Shown here piece after piece: positions 1 through 13,402 of a DNA stretch of 64,000 nt. The stretch covers positions 129,022,001 to 129,086,000 of the forward strand of contig NC_086100.1 in NCBI RefSeq assembly GCF_963921235.1. The letters run 5' to 3'. The notes under the pieces are model-generated. The model saw only the letters and a list, made by a program, of their open reading frames with translations. It was not told where the DNA came from and did not search any database. A program made the position numbers and the translations under genes. Source of the DNA: Mobula hypostoma (taxonomy: Eukaryota). Each line of letters opens with the position of its first letter. Position 1 is the first letter of the stretch.

Positions 1-860
1 CTCAACACTGTGTGCCCCTTCACCTATCTTCCTATTGTCCACAAACTTGGCCCTAAGCCATCAATTCCGCCATCCAAATCATTGACATATAACGTGAAAA
101 GAAGTGGTCCCAATACTGTCCCTTTCAGAACACCACTAGTCACTGGCTGCCAACCAGAATAGGTCTCCTTTATTCCAATTCTTTGCCTCCTACCAACCAG
201 CCAATCTTCTATTGATATTAGTATCTTTCCTATAGTAATATGGGCTCTTTATCTTGTCTAGCAGCCTCATGCAGCACTTTGTCAAATGCCTTCTGAAAAT
301 CCAAGTAAATAACATCCACAAAACTCCTTTGTCTATCCTGCCTCTGATTTCCTCAAAGAGTTCCAATAGATTTGTCAGGCATGATTTTCCTCAAGGAAAC
401 CATGCTGACTTGGACCTATTTGATCATGTGCCTCCAGTTACTCAGTAACCTCATCCTTAATAATGGACTCCAACATCTTCCCAACCACTGAAGTCAGGCT
501 GCCTCGTCCATAATTTCCTTTCATCTGCCTCCCTCCCTTCTTAAAGAGTGGAGCGACATTTGTAATTTTCTAGTCCTCTGGAACCATTCCTCAATCTAGT
601 GATTCTGGAAAGATCATTACTAATGTCTCCACAATCTCTTCAGCCACCTCTTTCAGAACCCTAGGGTGTAATCCATCTGGTCCAGGTGACTTATCTACCT
701 TCAGTCCTTTCAGCTTCCCAGCACCCTCTCCTTAGTAATTGGAACTGCCCTCACTTCTGCCCCCCTGACATTCTCAAATTTCTGGCATTCTGCTATGTTT
801 CCACAGTGAAGACTGATGCAAGTAGGTCCAGAGGGTTCTGAGAGAACATTCTGGGTGGTA
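1..860 (-). mobile_element. CR1 LINE fragment (RT region), degraded
   Basis: Colinear with the better preserved CR1 copies at 33690-35722 and 43059-45172 (e.g. ggaacaccactagtcactggctgccaacc; gtccaggtgacttatctaccttc); frames are broken. Confidence 0.85.
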
Positions 861-899
861 TTGGAGGCATTAAAAAGGTTCAAACCAGAAGTAGGGCTC

Positions 900-1640
900 T
901 CCAGCAAATTCTGGATCAGGGCTCTTTGCTGCCATACTCAGTGAAACACTGACCCGACGTCAAGCACAAACACACACCTCATTTTTAGAATTCAGCCCTT
1001 CAGTCCATAGCTCTAACAAAATCTTGGAATGAGTGGTCCTGACATAATCCAAAATACGTATCAATGGTGAGTTAGTGGTAGATTAGCTCTGTCAATGATA
1101 CCTTCCATTAATGATTGAGAGTGCATGGTTTTGGCCCAATTTTTGTGAAAAGAAGATAAATGAGCAGATATCTATATCATTGGGTAGATATCAAGAGCTG
1201 TACCTATATTGGAGTACCTTGGCCTGAGGCCTGGCTCATTCAGGAGTACAAGTCTCCAATACTATAGCTGGAGTGTAGTATGGTCCCATAGTTTACATTC
1301 TAGCCAGTGCTCTCAGCAGTTTCTTGATATAATAGAGAGGGGATGAAATCGGCAGCAGGCTGGTTTAGCTGATGGTGGGAGACATTATGGATCATTTATT
1401 CTGCACCACTCTGAACAGGGTAGTAAACGCTTCAACCTTCTCTTTCTGTCAGAGTGTATTATGACTGTATTTCTCAAAGTGTACAACCTCCCCTGTGTCT
1501 ATGGAAGACTGGAATTGTACGGTCAGACCATGCACCCACCTCCCTCAGTGAACCAGGATGCATCCCAGCAAGGCTATGTTCATTCTGAGCATAATCAGCA
1601 TTGCTAATGCCTACTCCCTCAGTTTTCACCCACTCATTAT
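900..1640 (-). mobile_element. Highly degraded non-LTR retrotransposon (CR1/L2 group) RT N-terminal region
   Basis: Minus-strand frames give remnants resembling KAMGPD-IP and LFQYSY-GIYP blocks, with many stops and frameshifts. Family assignment is tentative. Confidence 0.4.
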
Positions 1641-2159
1641 CCTCACTGTCTCCCAGTCATTTAACAGTTTGTTCTCTTCTGTGGCAGACTAATACAAAGC
1701 ACTCCCTGGTAGTTAGTTCGTCCTCCATTTACACCTTCTACCATCTTTCCTTTTGCCACAGATCACCTTCCTTATACCTAATGAGCTTCAACTTAATACT
1801 TACCTATAATATACATGCCAATAGAAAAGATTCTCCTTTTTTTATTCATTGCTATTTTCTTATTCTGTCTTTCCTTGCCTCACTTCTCTTTCTACTTTTT
1901 ATCGTCACTTATTATATGCAGATCTGTAATCCCAATGTCTTTTCCCAGGACACATGTTTACAAATTGCAACTGTGAGAATGATATATGTTATATAGTTAA
2001 TATTCAGCAATAGTTGAGTAATATTGTAAATATATTGTTTGATTAAACATTCTTGTTTATTTAAAATATTTCATTACAGGTTATGTAAAAGTACATGAAT
2101 GGCATACATCATCATGTCACCATATCATAAGCACATGCCTCGATCTTTTTTTAGGCATC

Positions 2160-2447
2160 TGTTAGTCTCGTGAGACCATGGATTTGCGCCTTGGAAGGTT
2201 TTCAGGGTGCAGGCCTGGCCAAGGTTGTATGGAAGATCGGCAGTTGCCCATGCTGCAAGTCTCCCCTCTCCACACCACCGACGTTGTCCAAGGGAAGGGC
2301 ACTAGGGCTGATACAGCTTGGCACCAGTGTCGTCGCAGAGCAATGTGTGGTTAAGTGCCTTGCTCAAGGACACAACACGCCGCCTCAGCTGAGGCTTGAA
2401 CTAGCGACCTTCAGATCACTAGACCGATGCCTTAACCACTGGGCCAT
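2160..2447 (-). mobile_element. tRNA-derived SINE
   Basis: Minus-strand head GGCCCAGTGGTTAAGGCATCGGTCTAGTGATCTGAAGGTCGCTAGTTCAAGCC has A-box and B-box-like motifs and is followed by a non-tRNA body. Confidence 0.75.
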
Positions 2448-2779
2448 GAACCAACACCTCAATGCCTCAATTAAAAGTAAACAAAACTAAGAGTAGACAA
2501 ATTATTCCCAGCCCTGTGTTTTCCTTTTAATTATTTTTGTTTTGGAGTTACAAAACAAGTAAGTTTTAAATGAACCAGAGACAACTACCTACCTGTTGAA
2601 GTACAGCAAGATGTTCAAGTTTTGAAAAAGCACAGCAAGATGTTAATTTTTTTAATAAAAAACAGCATAGCATATGCTGCTTCAGGAAGGGGCAGAAATG
2701 GTTGAGATTTAAAAAAGGGAGAAAGTGGACTAAATTCATGGATTCATTAACCGCGAGTACTAGGTGATAATAATCATAA

Positions 2780-3895
2780 CTAAACAAAGAGCAGAGATGC
2801 CTGGCGACATCAGAAAAATAGATGCACAATTGCACAAGAGATAACTGGATACTGTTTACAAAGCGAATTGTGATATATTTTGAAGCAAATGAAATAGCCA
2901 AGGAAAAGCAGTGCCAATTTTGCTGAGTGCATTGGTTTTAAAAACACACAGTTTGCTTTGAAGTTTGACTGCTCCAACCAAATCAGCCAAAACTAGTTTT
3001 GTTGATATTGTGAAAGTAATGCAGGGGCATTTAGAACTGAAATCATTGCTGATTGCAATATACTTTAGGTTTCAGTGGAATCAAAAGGAAGAGGAGTCAA
3101 TTTCAGCACACATGGCTGAATTGAAGAAGTTGTCTGAGCATTGGCAGTTCAGTGATGGGCTTAATGATACATTGAGAGATGGTTTAGTTCATAGAATCTT
3201 CCAATAAAGCATTCAAAATGGCTCCTAACTGAAGCACTATTTTCATTTAAAAGAGCAATTGGAATTGCTGTATCAATGGAAACTGCAGACACAAATGAGT
3301 TGCAGTCAGGAATGAAAGTGAGCATGAATAAAATTGCAATATCTAAACAGAAATGGGCCTGGCTAAACAAAATGTGTTACTATTGTGGTAGGGGCTTACA
3401 TACACTGGACCAATGCAGGGTTAAAGGCAAAACTTGCAGAAAATGCAAAAAAATAGGACACGTACAAAGAGCATGTTGAGCGGACAAAAATAAATGGACT
3501 GCACAAGGAAGAGAAAAAGGTAAAAAGTCAAGTTGCAGTTTCAAAAGACAACTAATCTGCATGCTGTTGATGAAAAATCTGGTAATGATGAGAGTGACAC
3601 AGGAATGAGTAGCCTTGAGATTTACAATGTGAAAGCTAACTATAGATGAGCTATATGGCTTATACCAGAAGCGAACGATAAGTTAATTAAAATAGAGTTG
3701 GACACTGAATCAACTGTTTCTGTCATTCCACAAAATGAGTTTGAGTGGCATTTCAAAAATATTGAACTGAAGCCTGCAGATATCCAACTACAAACTTATA
3801 CAGGAGGAAAGATAACTCCTGTGGGAATGACAGTGAAATACAACAACCAATGAGCCACATTGGGCTTCTATGTAGTAAAAAGAGAAGGGCCTTAT
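2780..3895 (+). mobile_element. Degraded Ty3/Gypsy LTR retrotransposon gag-protease (K02A2.6-like)
   Basis: ORF 2965-3207 (FRFQWNQKEEESISAHMAELKKLSEHWQFSDGLNDTLRD) is a Gypsy capsid block. ORF 3276-3479 carries paired zinc knuckles (CYYCGRGLHTLDQC / CRKCKKIGHVQRAC). A protease-like IELDTESTVSVI follows near 3690-3730. Confidence 0.85.
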
Positions 3896-5049
3896 AGTTC
3901 AGCTGTTTAGCTAGCCTTTTCAATTTCCTTCTTAAAGCCTTTCTCATCATTGTTACAATCTGGTTGTGTTCTTGTGAAATACTTTGACATGCTTTTCTCT
4001 ATTACAGGCACACAGTTGAATAATTTTGCCATTTTCCATAAATTTGGAAACTTCTATTGGATCACTCTGTAACTAGAAAACCTGATAAAATTTAACTTCA
4101 GATTTTGTCCCAGGATTCTCACATGGAGATATTTCATTCTTTTAGTCAGCAATAAATCTTCAATGAGGATTATGCAAAATGACAGGTGTCTAGGTTCAGA
4201 GAACTGTTATTTCCTGATGGTAACTGCTCAAAAGCCTTTCTGTAGATTACTTTTGGGTATCTAGCTATTTGCAAAGACTCCACACCTGGCAGAGTCAGAA
4301 TGAAAGGACACAGGGTGTCATCTTACAACATTTAAACAATAAATATAACGAGAAGCAACTTAAAACTACACACAAAGCAAAAACAAATATGTGGGTGGTT
4401 AACTCTGCCTCAAGAAACAACTACTGAAGAGCCACTCACTTCCTGTGAGCTCTGGTTTTAACTTGTGGTGGAGGGAGAAAAGAACTCATAATAGTTGGCC
4501 GTAAACTTGATATATGGTTCTTTATCTCCTACAGTATCACCTTGGCACAATCTTGTTCTAACAAAAGCCAGCATGATGAAATGTTGGACTTTTTCAGCCT
4601 AGTCAGTGGGAAAAGGAGAAAGAACTATTAAAGATTAGTGAGAAATTCCTTTTATTTTTTCTTTGTGGGACCAAGAGAAGCAGAGAGCCCTACTTGAAAG
4701 GTCTGGTCTTTTTGTCCAGGCTTCTCTCCCCCATCTTACCAATGAGTTAAAAAGCTCTCCTACCTCCTATTCTTCCCAGATAACTAGCTCGGATGACTTC
4801 CTCTGTATTTATTTTATTTCTTTTTTCGATTATGTCATGCAGCTGCCACCACTTCCTGATGAATTTGGGCAACGAACTGTCTTGTTACAAATTAAAACTA
4901 CACACTGTCCAGAGTTGATAAGGTTAGCTGTGCTGTTGGAATTGGTGCTATAAACAATTGTTAGTAGTAATAACATTCATAAACTTCCCAATAGCCTTGT
5001 GAATAAAGGCATTTCTAATGTCGCTTAAACCTGTTACTAAATGTGTTCC

Positions 5050-5232
5050 AGTTTTTAAAATGGCTCCCTTCCCCTCCTGTCTTCTATCATTTCGGATCTA
5101 CCCCCCCCCGCCACTTTCAAATCTCTTACTAGCCCTTCTTTTCGTTAGTCCTGACAAAGGGTCTCGGCCTGAAACGTCGACTGTACCTCTTCCTACAGAT
5201 GCTGCCTTCACCAGCAACTTTTATGTGTGTTG
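5050..5232 (+). mobile_element. Penelope-like element (PLE) 3' terminal fragment
   Basis: Same terminal sequence as 23770-23890 and 36830-36966 (gtctcggcctgaaacgtcgactgtacctcttcc...caccagcaactttt atgtgtgttg). Confidence 0.8.
5147..5182 (+). ncRNA. Minimal hammerhead ribozyme motif, mutated core (CUGACAA)
   Basis: AGTC-CTGACAA-AGGGTCTCGGCCT-GAA-ACGT-C-GACT. The conserved G8 is A here, so it is probably inactive. Confidence 0.65.
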
Positions 5233-7064
5233 CTTTAAAATGTGTGAGGTTGTTGATCTGGGCTAGGCAGTACTCAGGCATTAAGTACAATGATGAGTGT
5301 TTGTTTAAATCTATTTATCTTTTTCTCTGAACTTTATGATCTGACTGTCCACAAGGTTTAAGATCAACACAGCAAGCAATACCCATGACTCAATCATGGG
5401 GACTCATCTGCTTATAAATATTTAGAACAGAATCATTGTTGGAGTGAAGTACATTCAGCAACATTTCAAAATGTTGGAAAACCCCAGAACTTTTCCTATG
5501 TAAATGTTTTTTTTTCACAATGACACTCTAAACATCAAACAGGATGATATTCTCTTGAAATAGCAACAACTAACCACTGGTCCAAGAGTGAGAAATAACA
5601 AAGTAATCAAATTACAACAAGCAACATTAAGGTGATTCAATCAAGTATCACAACATGATCTTTGCATTATAAAATGGGGTATTTCTCTAGCAACTTTCAA
5701 GGGAACCATCGACAGAATTGATCACCTGTACAGCTGGAAACAGACTTCTGAATGATCAAAATCAGATTTATTATCACTGAACCCAGTTGGCTAGCCCTCA
5801 AGAGTTAGTGATTGAAATACGAGAATATTTCTGCAAACAAAGGAGCACTTCCATGTTCATCAGATAAGAAATCAGCAAAAAAAAGGACAAAAATATTTGC
5901 AGGAAGAACTGGTACTTAAATACATTATCCACCTGGTACCCTCTTATCAACGTATCCCACTGGAGTAATATCTATGCAGACAAACCTCACACAAAGTAGT
6001 CCTCACTCAAATCTGTGATTCACCATACCTCAAGCACAAGCTCACATGCGTGGCGCTGTTGCACTCAATGTCAAAGTCAAGGTCAGCTCACTTTCAGAAA
6101 CATAGCCACAAAGCTCTGCAGGTATTTTCTGCCGATACACTCTATGTCTTAAATCACAGCTGCTTAACAAAGGCAAAGGAAGTCCTTTGCCTTTATGGTA
6201 TGGGATCTATGTGCTTTGGTTAATATGGCTTTACCATTCAGAGCTGGAAACTGTATTTGCAGCCTTTCCAGACTAGGCACTCAGAACAGCATCTAAACAG
6301 AGCCAGCATTTAAGAATAAACAGAGGCTACACTGTAACATTCTAAAAGGAGTGTCCCTGGACAGGAGGAGATACCTCCTTCACCAGCCTCAACAGCCAGT
6401 GTAGGGTTCCCTGCCTTCTCGATTATACAGTATCTGCCAAAACATACACACCCACCCCTTTCCTCTCCCCAACCCATCCATAAAGGATTCATCCAGCTCT
6501 TGTCAACACTCCATAGTAGCTGGAAAATTCCTCCTTGCACTGAGGTGCAACTCTCTTAAGGCTGCCTCGTGAAGTCAGAGCCATGACGATAGATGACGGA
6601 AGAATGACAGTTAGACTAGCAACCTCTTCGGTCCTTGCAACAGAGCAACATTTCATGAGCAAGGTGATACAATTGTGTTCAAGCAGGCAGCAAGTACTCA
6701 CTGAAATCGCTAATTCTGTTTTAAAACTAATAAGTACTATTAAAATGTATTAATTCTATTAAAAGCTCATTAGTTTCATCATTACTCTTCTTCTTTCTTT
6801 TAAACTGTTAAGTTTCTTAACTTGGTTTATTTTTAGCTTTCCACATATCCCTATTGTGAGAATTTATAAAATTTTTCAACTACTGAGGTATACAAATTTG
6901 CATTTGTAATATCCCATGCATTTTTGGAGGACTGCCTATTTTCTTAGCAACCCACTTAATATACCTTCAGTTTTGACCTTAATAAAACTTGTGTTTTTTT
7001 GATTATGCATTTTTTTCAGTTCTTATTACTATTTTATGCCATTTCACCATCACTTATTGACGGT

Positions 7065-7315
7065 TTTGTCAGACTCATGTTCCCCTGACCTTGAGCACCC
7101 GATGATCAAACGCCATCTGTTCTATTCACCAAGGGAGTCCTCTTCCATAATCCTGACCACAGTTTACATACCACCAGAGGTCAACTATAATCAAGCACTT
7201 TAGACACTGCATGATGCCTTCTCCATACAAGAAGCAGTCCATCCTGACACATTTCAAATCATAGTTGGAGATTTCAACCAGGCTTGTTTGAAGAACACCA
7301 TGCCCATTTACCATC
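7065..7315 (+). mobile_element. Rex1/Babar LINE, endonuclease part (left piece, interrupted by the chromovirus)
   Basis: Translates to ...SPDLEH.MIK...PRE.SSIILTTVYIPPE...HPDTFQIIVGDFNQACLKNTMPIYH. The frame resumes at 13699 as QHIIC. Confidence 0.85.
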
Positions 7316-7519
7316 TGTGAATGAAAGACCTAGGCCAGGATGGTTGAACCCAAGTGCTGGAGTGCTGGAGTATCCGAGGTCGGAATTGAGACAGGAAGCG
7401 AGACTGAAATGAGAACAGAACACTAAACTAGATGCTAGGCAATAATCCAAGTAGAGCGGATGATTAATCACTGAACTTCCATTCAGGTGCTCTGGTGCGG
7501 TTGGGTTCGTATCATAACA
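7316..7519 (-). repeat. 3' LTR of the chromovirus (204 bp, internally deleted relative to the 5' LTR)
   Basis: TGT...ACA termini, preceded on the minus strand by polypurine tract AGGGGTGGGGGC (7520-7531); alignable to 13403-13693. Confidence 0.85.
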
Positions 7520-10500
7520 GCCCCCACCCCCTTACAAACAACTTCTGGCAGCTCTGGCTGCTCAGACAGACTGTGATGATAGTCATGGATGAGAGCTGGA
7601 TCCAAGATGTTCTTTTCAGGAATCCAGCACCGTTCCTCGGGTCCGAATCCTTCCCAGTCCACGAGGAACTGACAACCACCCCGTGAATGCAAATTTCTTC
7701 TAATGGTGAAGACCTTTTCCCCATTGACAAACCCGGGTGGCGACAGGACTGATGGTGATGGGGCTAAAGGACTGGAGATACCAGGACTTAATTTGGAGAT
7801 ATGGAACGTGGGGTTGATCTAGAGGATCTTGGGGAGCTGCAAGGTGTAAGATTTACTTTATTTGAAAACCTTGAAGGGTCCAACAAACTTGGGCTCCAGT
7901 TTCCTAGACTCCACCTGGAGAGACAAATTCTGAGTAGACAGCCAGACATGTTGGCCAGACTGCAAAGCTGGTTGCTATCTTCTCTTGCAGATAGGCTTTA
8001 CTTCAGCCTGCTGGGTAGAGGCCAACAAAATCTCCCTTGTCCTCGTCCATTTCTCCTTGCCGCGTCGGACAAGATCTTTGGCTGCAGAACCCACATCTTC
8101 GGCCTCCTGCTGAGGGAAGAGTGGCAGGGAAGACCCAAGCAGAGGCATCTTGTGCACCGAATGCTGTAAAGTGTTGTGGGCAACCTCTGCCCACATCAGT
8201 TGGTGGTCACACCACTCGTCTGGTCTTTCTGAGGCCAGGCATCTTAGGATTTATGCCAAATCTTGGTTCACCTGCTCTGTCTGGCCATTGAAACTGTGGG
8301 TGAAACCCAGAGGAACGATTCGCTGTTGCCTCAATCAACTTACAGATTCCCTCCAAAATCGTGATATGAATTGGGGACCACAATCTGGACACACTTGAAA
8401 ACCATGGATCCCGAAGATCTGGTGCAGAATAATTTCAGCTGACTCCACCGCAGATGGTAGTCTTGATGCATCTGCAGGCCTTTGAAAACAATCAATAATT
8501 ACCATGGTAATGGTCTTCTCCTTGGAAGGAGGAAGACCCATAACAAAGTCCATAGACATGTGCGCCCATGGTCTGACCAAAACAGGCAGGGGGTGAAGGA
8601 GGCCTTGAAGTTGGGTATGGGGCTCCTTGATCTAGTTGCACATCTCGCATGCCTGTACGGTCGGACCTCTCTCACCATTCCATGCCACCAGTATCTTCTC
8701 TTGTGATGACCTCAGGGGTCCTGGGTGAGCAGTCGTTCCTGATGAGTGTCCCCATTGAAGAACCTGAGACTGGACAGAACATGGGACGAACTGCCAACCC
8801 AAAGGACTGTTCTTAGGGATCTCCCCTTGTGCCTGGGCCTTGTGAACAAGAGTGTTGATTCCCCAATGAGCTGGCACTCTCACCTTGGCTTGGGGCAAAA
8901 TGGTGATAGGCTGCTCCTCTCATTCAGGTTCATCGAGCAAATTGGGACAAGGCATCTGGTTTCTGTATTTTTTGGCCCGGTCGATAGGTCAGGATGAAAT
9001 TAAAGCAGTTAAAGAAAAAAGACTACTTAGCTTGCCTGAAATTCAGTCTCTTAGCCTCCTGAAGATAAGCCGGGTCCTTGTGGTCTGTCCAAACAATAAA
9101 AGAGTTCTTGGCCTCCATCAGGCCAGTGATGTCAGTTCTCCAAAGCCATCTTGACAGTGAGCAGCTCTCTATTCCTATAGTTCACCTCTGCCGGGGATAG
9201 CCACCTGAAAAATAATGCACACGAGTGCAGTTTACTGTCCAAACATGTCCGTTGAGACAACATTTCTCCCCTACCAACATCTGAGTCGTCCACCCCCACA
9301 CCATGAACCGCTGTTTGAGATCTGCAAAAGTCACCACTTCGGTAGTCCAAACAAAAGGACCTGTGGATTTCTTAGTTAGAGCTGTCAGCAGAGCCGCCAC
9401 TGGGCTGAAGTTTCTTATGAACTTCTGGTTACGGTTGGCAAATCCCAGGAATCATTGGTTGTGGCCAGTATCTGATTGCCTGGGTCTTAGTAGGCTCCAC
9501 CTTGAGATTGCCATTAGAGATTATAAAACCCAAAAATTAAATGGTGGTCACATGAAATTCAGACTTACCCAGCTTGTGATATAAAGTCCATGATCTAAAA
9601 GCTTCTTTAAAATATCCCCGAAGTGAGCAGTGTGCTCCTCCGTGGGTTTCAAGAAGATTAGGATATCATCCAAACAGAGGAAGGCATACTTACGGAGAGT
9701 ATCCCTGAGCACGTCCTTCATAATGGCCTGGAAAACCGCTGGAGACTTGGCGAAGCCGAAGGGCATGTCCGGGTACTTGTAATGCTCCATCAGTGTGTTG
9801 AATGTAGCTTTCCACTCATTGCCCTCTTGTATGCGATCAAATTGTACACGCTCTGCAGGTCTAGCTTCGAGACTACTCTTGCCCCTTGGAGAAACTCAAA
9901 GGCGGTATTCATGAGCAGAAGGCGGTAATGATTTTTGGCCATTGTGCGATTCAATCCTCTGTAATCAATGCTTGGCCGCAGGCTCCCACCCTTTTTCTGT
10001 ACGAAGAAGAAACCCACACTGGCTGGTGTGGTGGAGGGTTGAATGAATCCCTTTGCAAGAGCCTCCTTTATATACTCCTCCATAGCACTTCTCTCTGTGG
10101 GACTGAGAGTGCATATAATCGATCCCATAGAAGACAAGTACCAGCTGGTAGATGTGTAGCACAATCGTAGAGTCGGTGCAGTGGAACAGTCGAGGCCTTC
10201 CCCTTCTTGAAGGTCTCTTCCAAATCCTTGTAGACAGAAGGGATTTTCACTGCTTTGGTTGTTGTAATCCATTCTGAACCTTTCTTCGCTGTTTCTCAGG
10301 TGGCAGGTGTGATTCGACAGACTTCAGGGTCTCGTCCATAGGTTCACTAGAGTCTTTCATTGAAACGGAAACCAAATCAGAGTCCTAATCCTCATCCATA
10401 TCCTCTGGCAATGGCAACGAGGTGCCAAGGGTCTGCGTCTAAGAGTCTTTACTTTAGTTGAGACCTGGTGGCTGGATCCCTTAGGCTCAGCTGCTAGAGT

Positions 10501-11301
10501 TCCAGACTGCTCGGGCACCTCCTTGGTTTGCTCCTGAACTAGAGATCCCCTCTCTCCGGTTCCGGTGCACCCTCAACTCGACAGCATCGGGACTCGCACT
10601 GTCCTGTTGGCCGGAGCCAGCCTGTCTGTCCTTGAGGGCGGGAATGGGTCTCCAAAAGGCTTCCGGTTATCCTGAACTGGTCTGCCCCTCATTGGTTGTT
10701 GGTCTCGAGAGAACCTGGGGGCCGGATCACCAGGTCGAAAACATACCCCCTTGCAATGACTAGACCAAGCAATGACCTTCCCTTCCTTCCAGTTCACAGA
10801 ATGGTTATGCTGAGACTCCCAAGGGTACCCGAGATCAGGGTTATGAGAGGCGAATTGGGGATATAGAAACTAGTGTCCACCACATGATCTTCAATCCTCA
10901 TCCGCAAAGCCAACATCTGCCCGGACCCTAGCAGACAGCCATCCAGGACAGTTGTGGGCATGGACTGGCTCAACTCCAGCAGCGATATGTTTAGCCAACA
11001 GGCAGTCCTCAGGTCCAGGAGATTAGCGGCTGTCCCAGAGTCCACAAAAGCATTCACCTCTCTTCGGTTCATACTCCAGGAGATTTCTGCCTTCAGTGTG
11101 AGACCAGAATCCGTGGGATTGGGATTAATGGCTGTTACCATCACAGTCCTCCCAACACTGGACGGTCTTAGCATTTCTCCCAATGGCTGCAGCTTCGGAC
11201 ATTCAGCCTGCAGCTTCCCTGCCGTAATAGCAGCCACCACAACTCCAACGCCGGAACCTCTCATCAGCAGAGATGCTTGTGCGGCTGATTTGCATGGGCT
11301 T

Positions 11302-12711
11302 GACAGGATCCTGAGCAGGAGACGGACTGGTCATTGTCCAAGGTCGGAGAGTGGAACAGCGATGTGTTGAGGCCGGGCTCAGGCTAGGCCTACTCGACAG
11401 GATCCTGAGCAGGAGACGGACTGGTCATTGTCCAAGGTCGGAGAGTGGAACTGTGACGTGTTGAGGCCAGGCTCAGGCTAGGCCTACTCGACAGGATCCT
11501 GAGCAAGAGACGGGCTGGTCGTTGTCCGAGGTCGGGGAGTGGAACAGCGATGTGTTGAGGCCGGGCTTGGGCTAGGCCTAATCGACAGGATCCTGAGCAG
11601 GAGACGGGCTGGTTGTTGTCTGAGGTCGGGGAGTGGAACAGCGATGCATTGAGGCCGGGCTCAGGCTAGGCCTACTCGACAGGATCCTGAGCAGGAGATG
11701 GGCTGGTCGTTGTCCAAGGTCAGGGAGTGGAACTGCGATGCATTGAGGCTGGGCTTGGGCTAGGCCTACTCGACAGGATCCTGAGCAGGAGACGGGCTGG
11801 TCGTTGTCCGAGGTCGGGGAGTGGAACAGCGATGTGTTGAGGCCGGGCTTGGGCTAGGCCTCATCGACAGGATCCTGAGCAGGAGATGGGCTGGTTGTTG
11901 TCTGAGGTCGGGGAGTGGAACAGCGATGCATTGAGGCCGGGCTCAGGCTAGGCCTCATCGACAGGATCCTGAGCAGGAGATGGGCTGGTCGTTGTCCAAG
12001 GTCAGGGAGTGGAACTGCGATGCATTGAGGCTGGGCTCGGGCTAGGCCTACTCGACAGGATCCTGAGCAGGAGACGGGCTGGTTGTTGTCTGAGGTCGGG
12101 GAGTGGAACAGCGATGTGTTGAGGCCGGGCTCAGGCTAGGCCTACTCGACAGGATCCTGAGCAGGAGATGGGCTGGTCGTTGTCCAAGGTCAGGGAGTGG
12201 AACTGCGATGCATTGAGGCTGGGCTTGGGCTAGGCCTACTCGACAGGATCCTGAGCAGGAGACGGGCTGGTCGTTGTCCGAGGTCGGGGAGTGGAACAGC
12301 GATGTGTTGAGGCCGGGCTTGGGCTAGGCCTCATCGACAGGATCCTGAGCAGGAGATGGGCTGGTTGTTGTCTGAGGTCGGGGAGTGGAACAGCGATGCA
12401 TTGAGGCCGGGCTCAGGCTAGGCCTCATCGACAGGATCCTGAGCAGGAGATGGGCTGGTCGTTGTCCAAGGTCAGGGAGTGGAACTGCGATGCATTGAGG
12501 CTGGGCTCGGGCTAGGCCTACTCGACAGGATCCTGAGCAGGAGACGGGCTGGTTGTTGTCCGAGGTCAGGGAGTGGAACAGCGATGTGTTGAGGCCGGGC
12601 TTGGGCTAGGCCTCATCGACAGGATCCTGAGCAGGAGATGGGCTGGTCGTTGTCCAAGGTCAGGGAGTGGAACTGCGATGCATTGAGGCTGGGCTTGGGC
12701 TAGGCCTCCTC
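11302..12711. repeat. Tandem array, 15 x 94 bp, inside chromovirus gag
   Basis: GACAGGATCCTGAGC recurs exactly every 94 bp from 11302 to 12618. Confidence 0.97.
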
Positions 12712-13402
12712 AACCTCCTGAAATAGTCCCACCCTCACTCCACCAGCTGATTATCAAGGCGGATGGACTGCTTGATTGGAACCTCTAAGTCCTCTTCCGG
12801 CTCTCTCAAGGTGAGGGCATCCTTCAGATTGTCTCGTATTCCATGGCAGTATAGAGTGACCAAGACATCCCCTTTCCAGCCACTCTCTTGGGCCAAAGTC
12901 CAAAACTCGATGGTGTAGTTGGCCACTGACCGTCTGCCCTGGTGCACCCTCATCAGGTTCGGCTTGCTCCAGCAGGGTGATGGAGCACTTCCCTCATGTC
13001 AGCCATGAATTCCTCTGGAATCTCCAGCCTACGTTCCCAATGAGCAGTGGCCCAGGCCAGAACTTTCCCGGTCCGGAGAGAGATAATGAAGGCCACCCTC
13101 CCATGCTCTGATTGCATCCAGGATGGCTGGAGTTGGAACACCAATGACCATTGAATGAGGAAGCCGTGGCAAGAACCCTGGTCACCATCGAATCTCTCCA
13201 GGGTTGGAAGATATACTGGCTCCACAGAGCAACCAACAGCCTCACCCTGAGTGACTCTGGCTTCCCCCCTTGCGAAAGGTGGCACACGGCGACCTGGAGG
13301 TCGTGTATCTCCAGGCCCTGTCTCGAAATCCTCTCACCATCTCTGGCCACAGCGGACAGGAGACTCTCATGCCAGCAGGGTCCATGTCTGGCTCATTCAT
13401 AC

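Noticed and set aside
6704-6717. Possible 14-nt minus-strand microexon (acag|...|gtgagt)
   Set aside because: There are no partner exons or recognisable protein; the upstream region is almost entirely TE.
11302-12711. CRISPR-like appearance of the 94-bp array
   Set aside because: Whole units are repeated with no unique spacers, there are no cas genes, and the context is a vertebrate retrotransposon.
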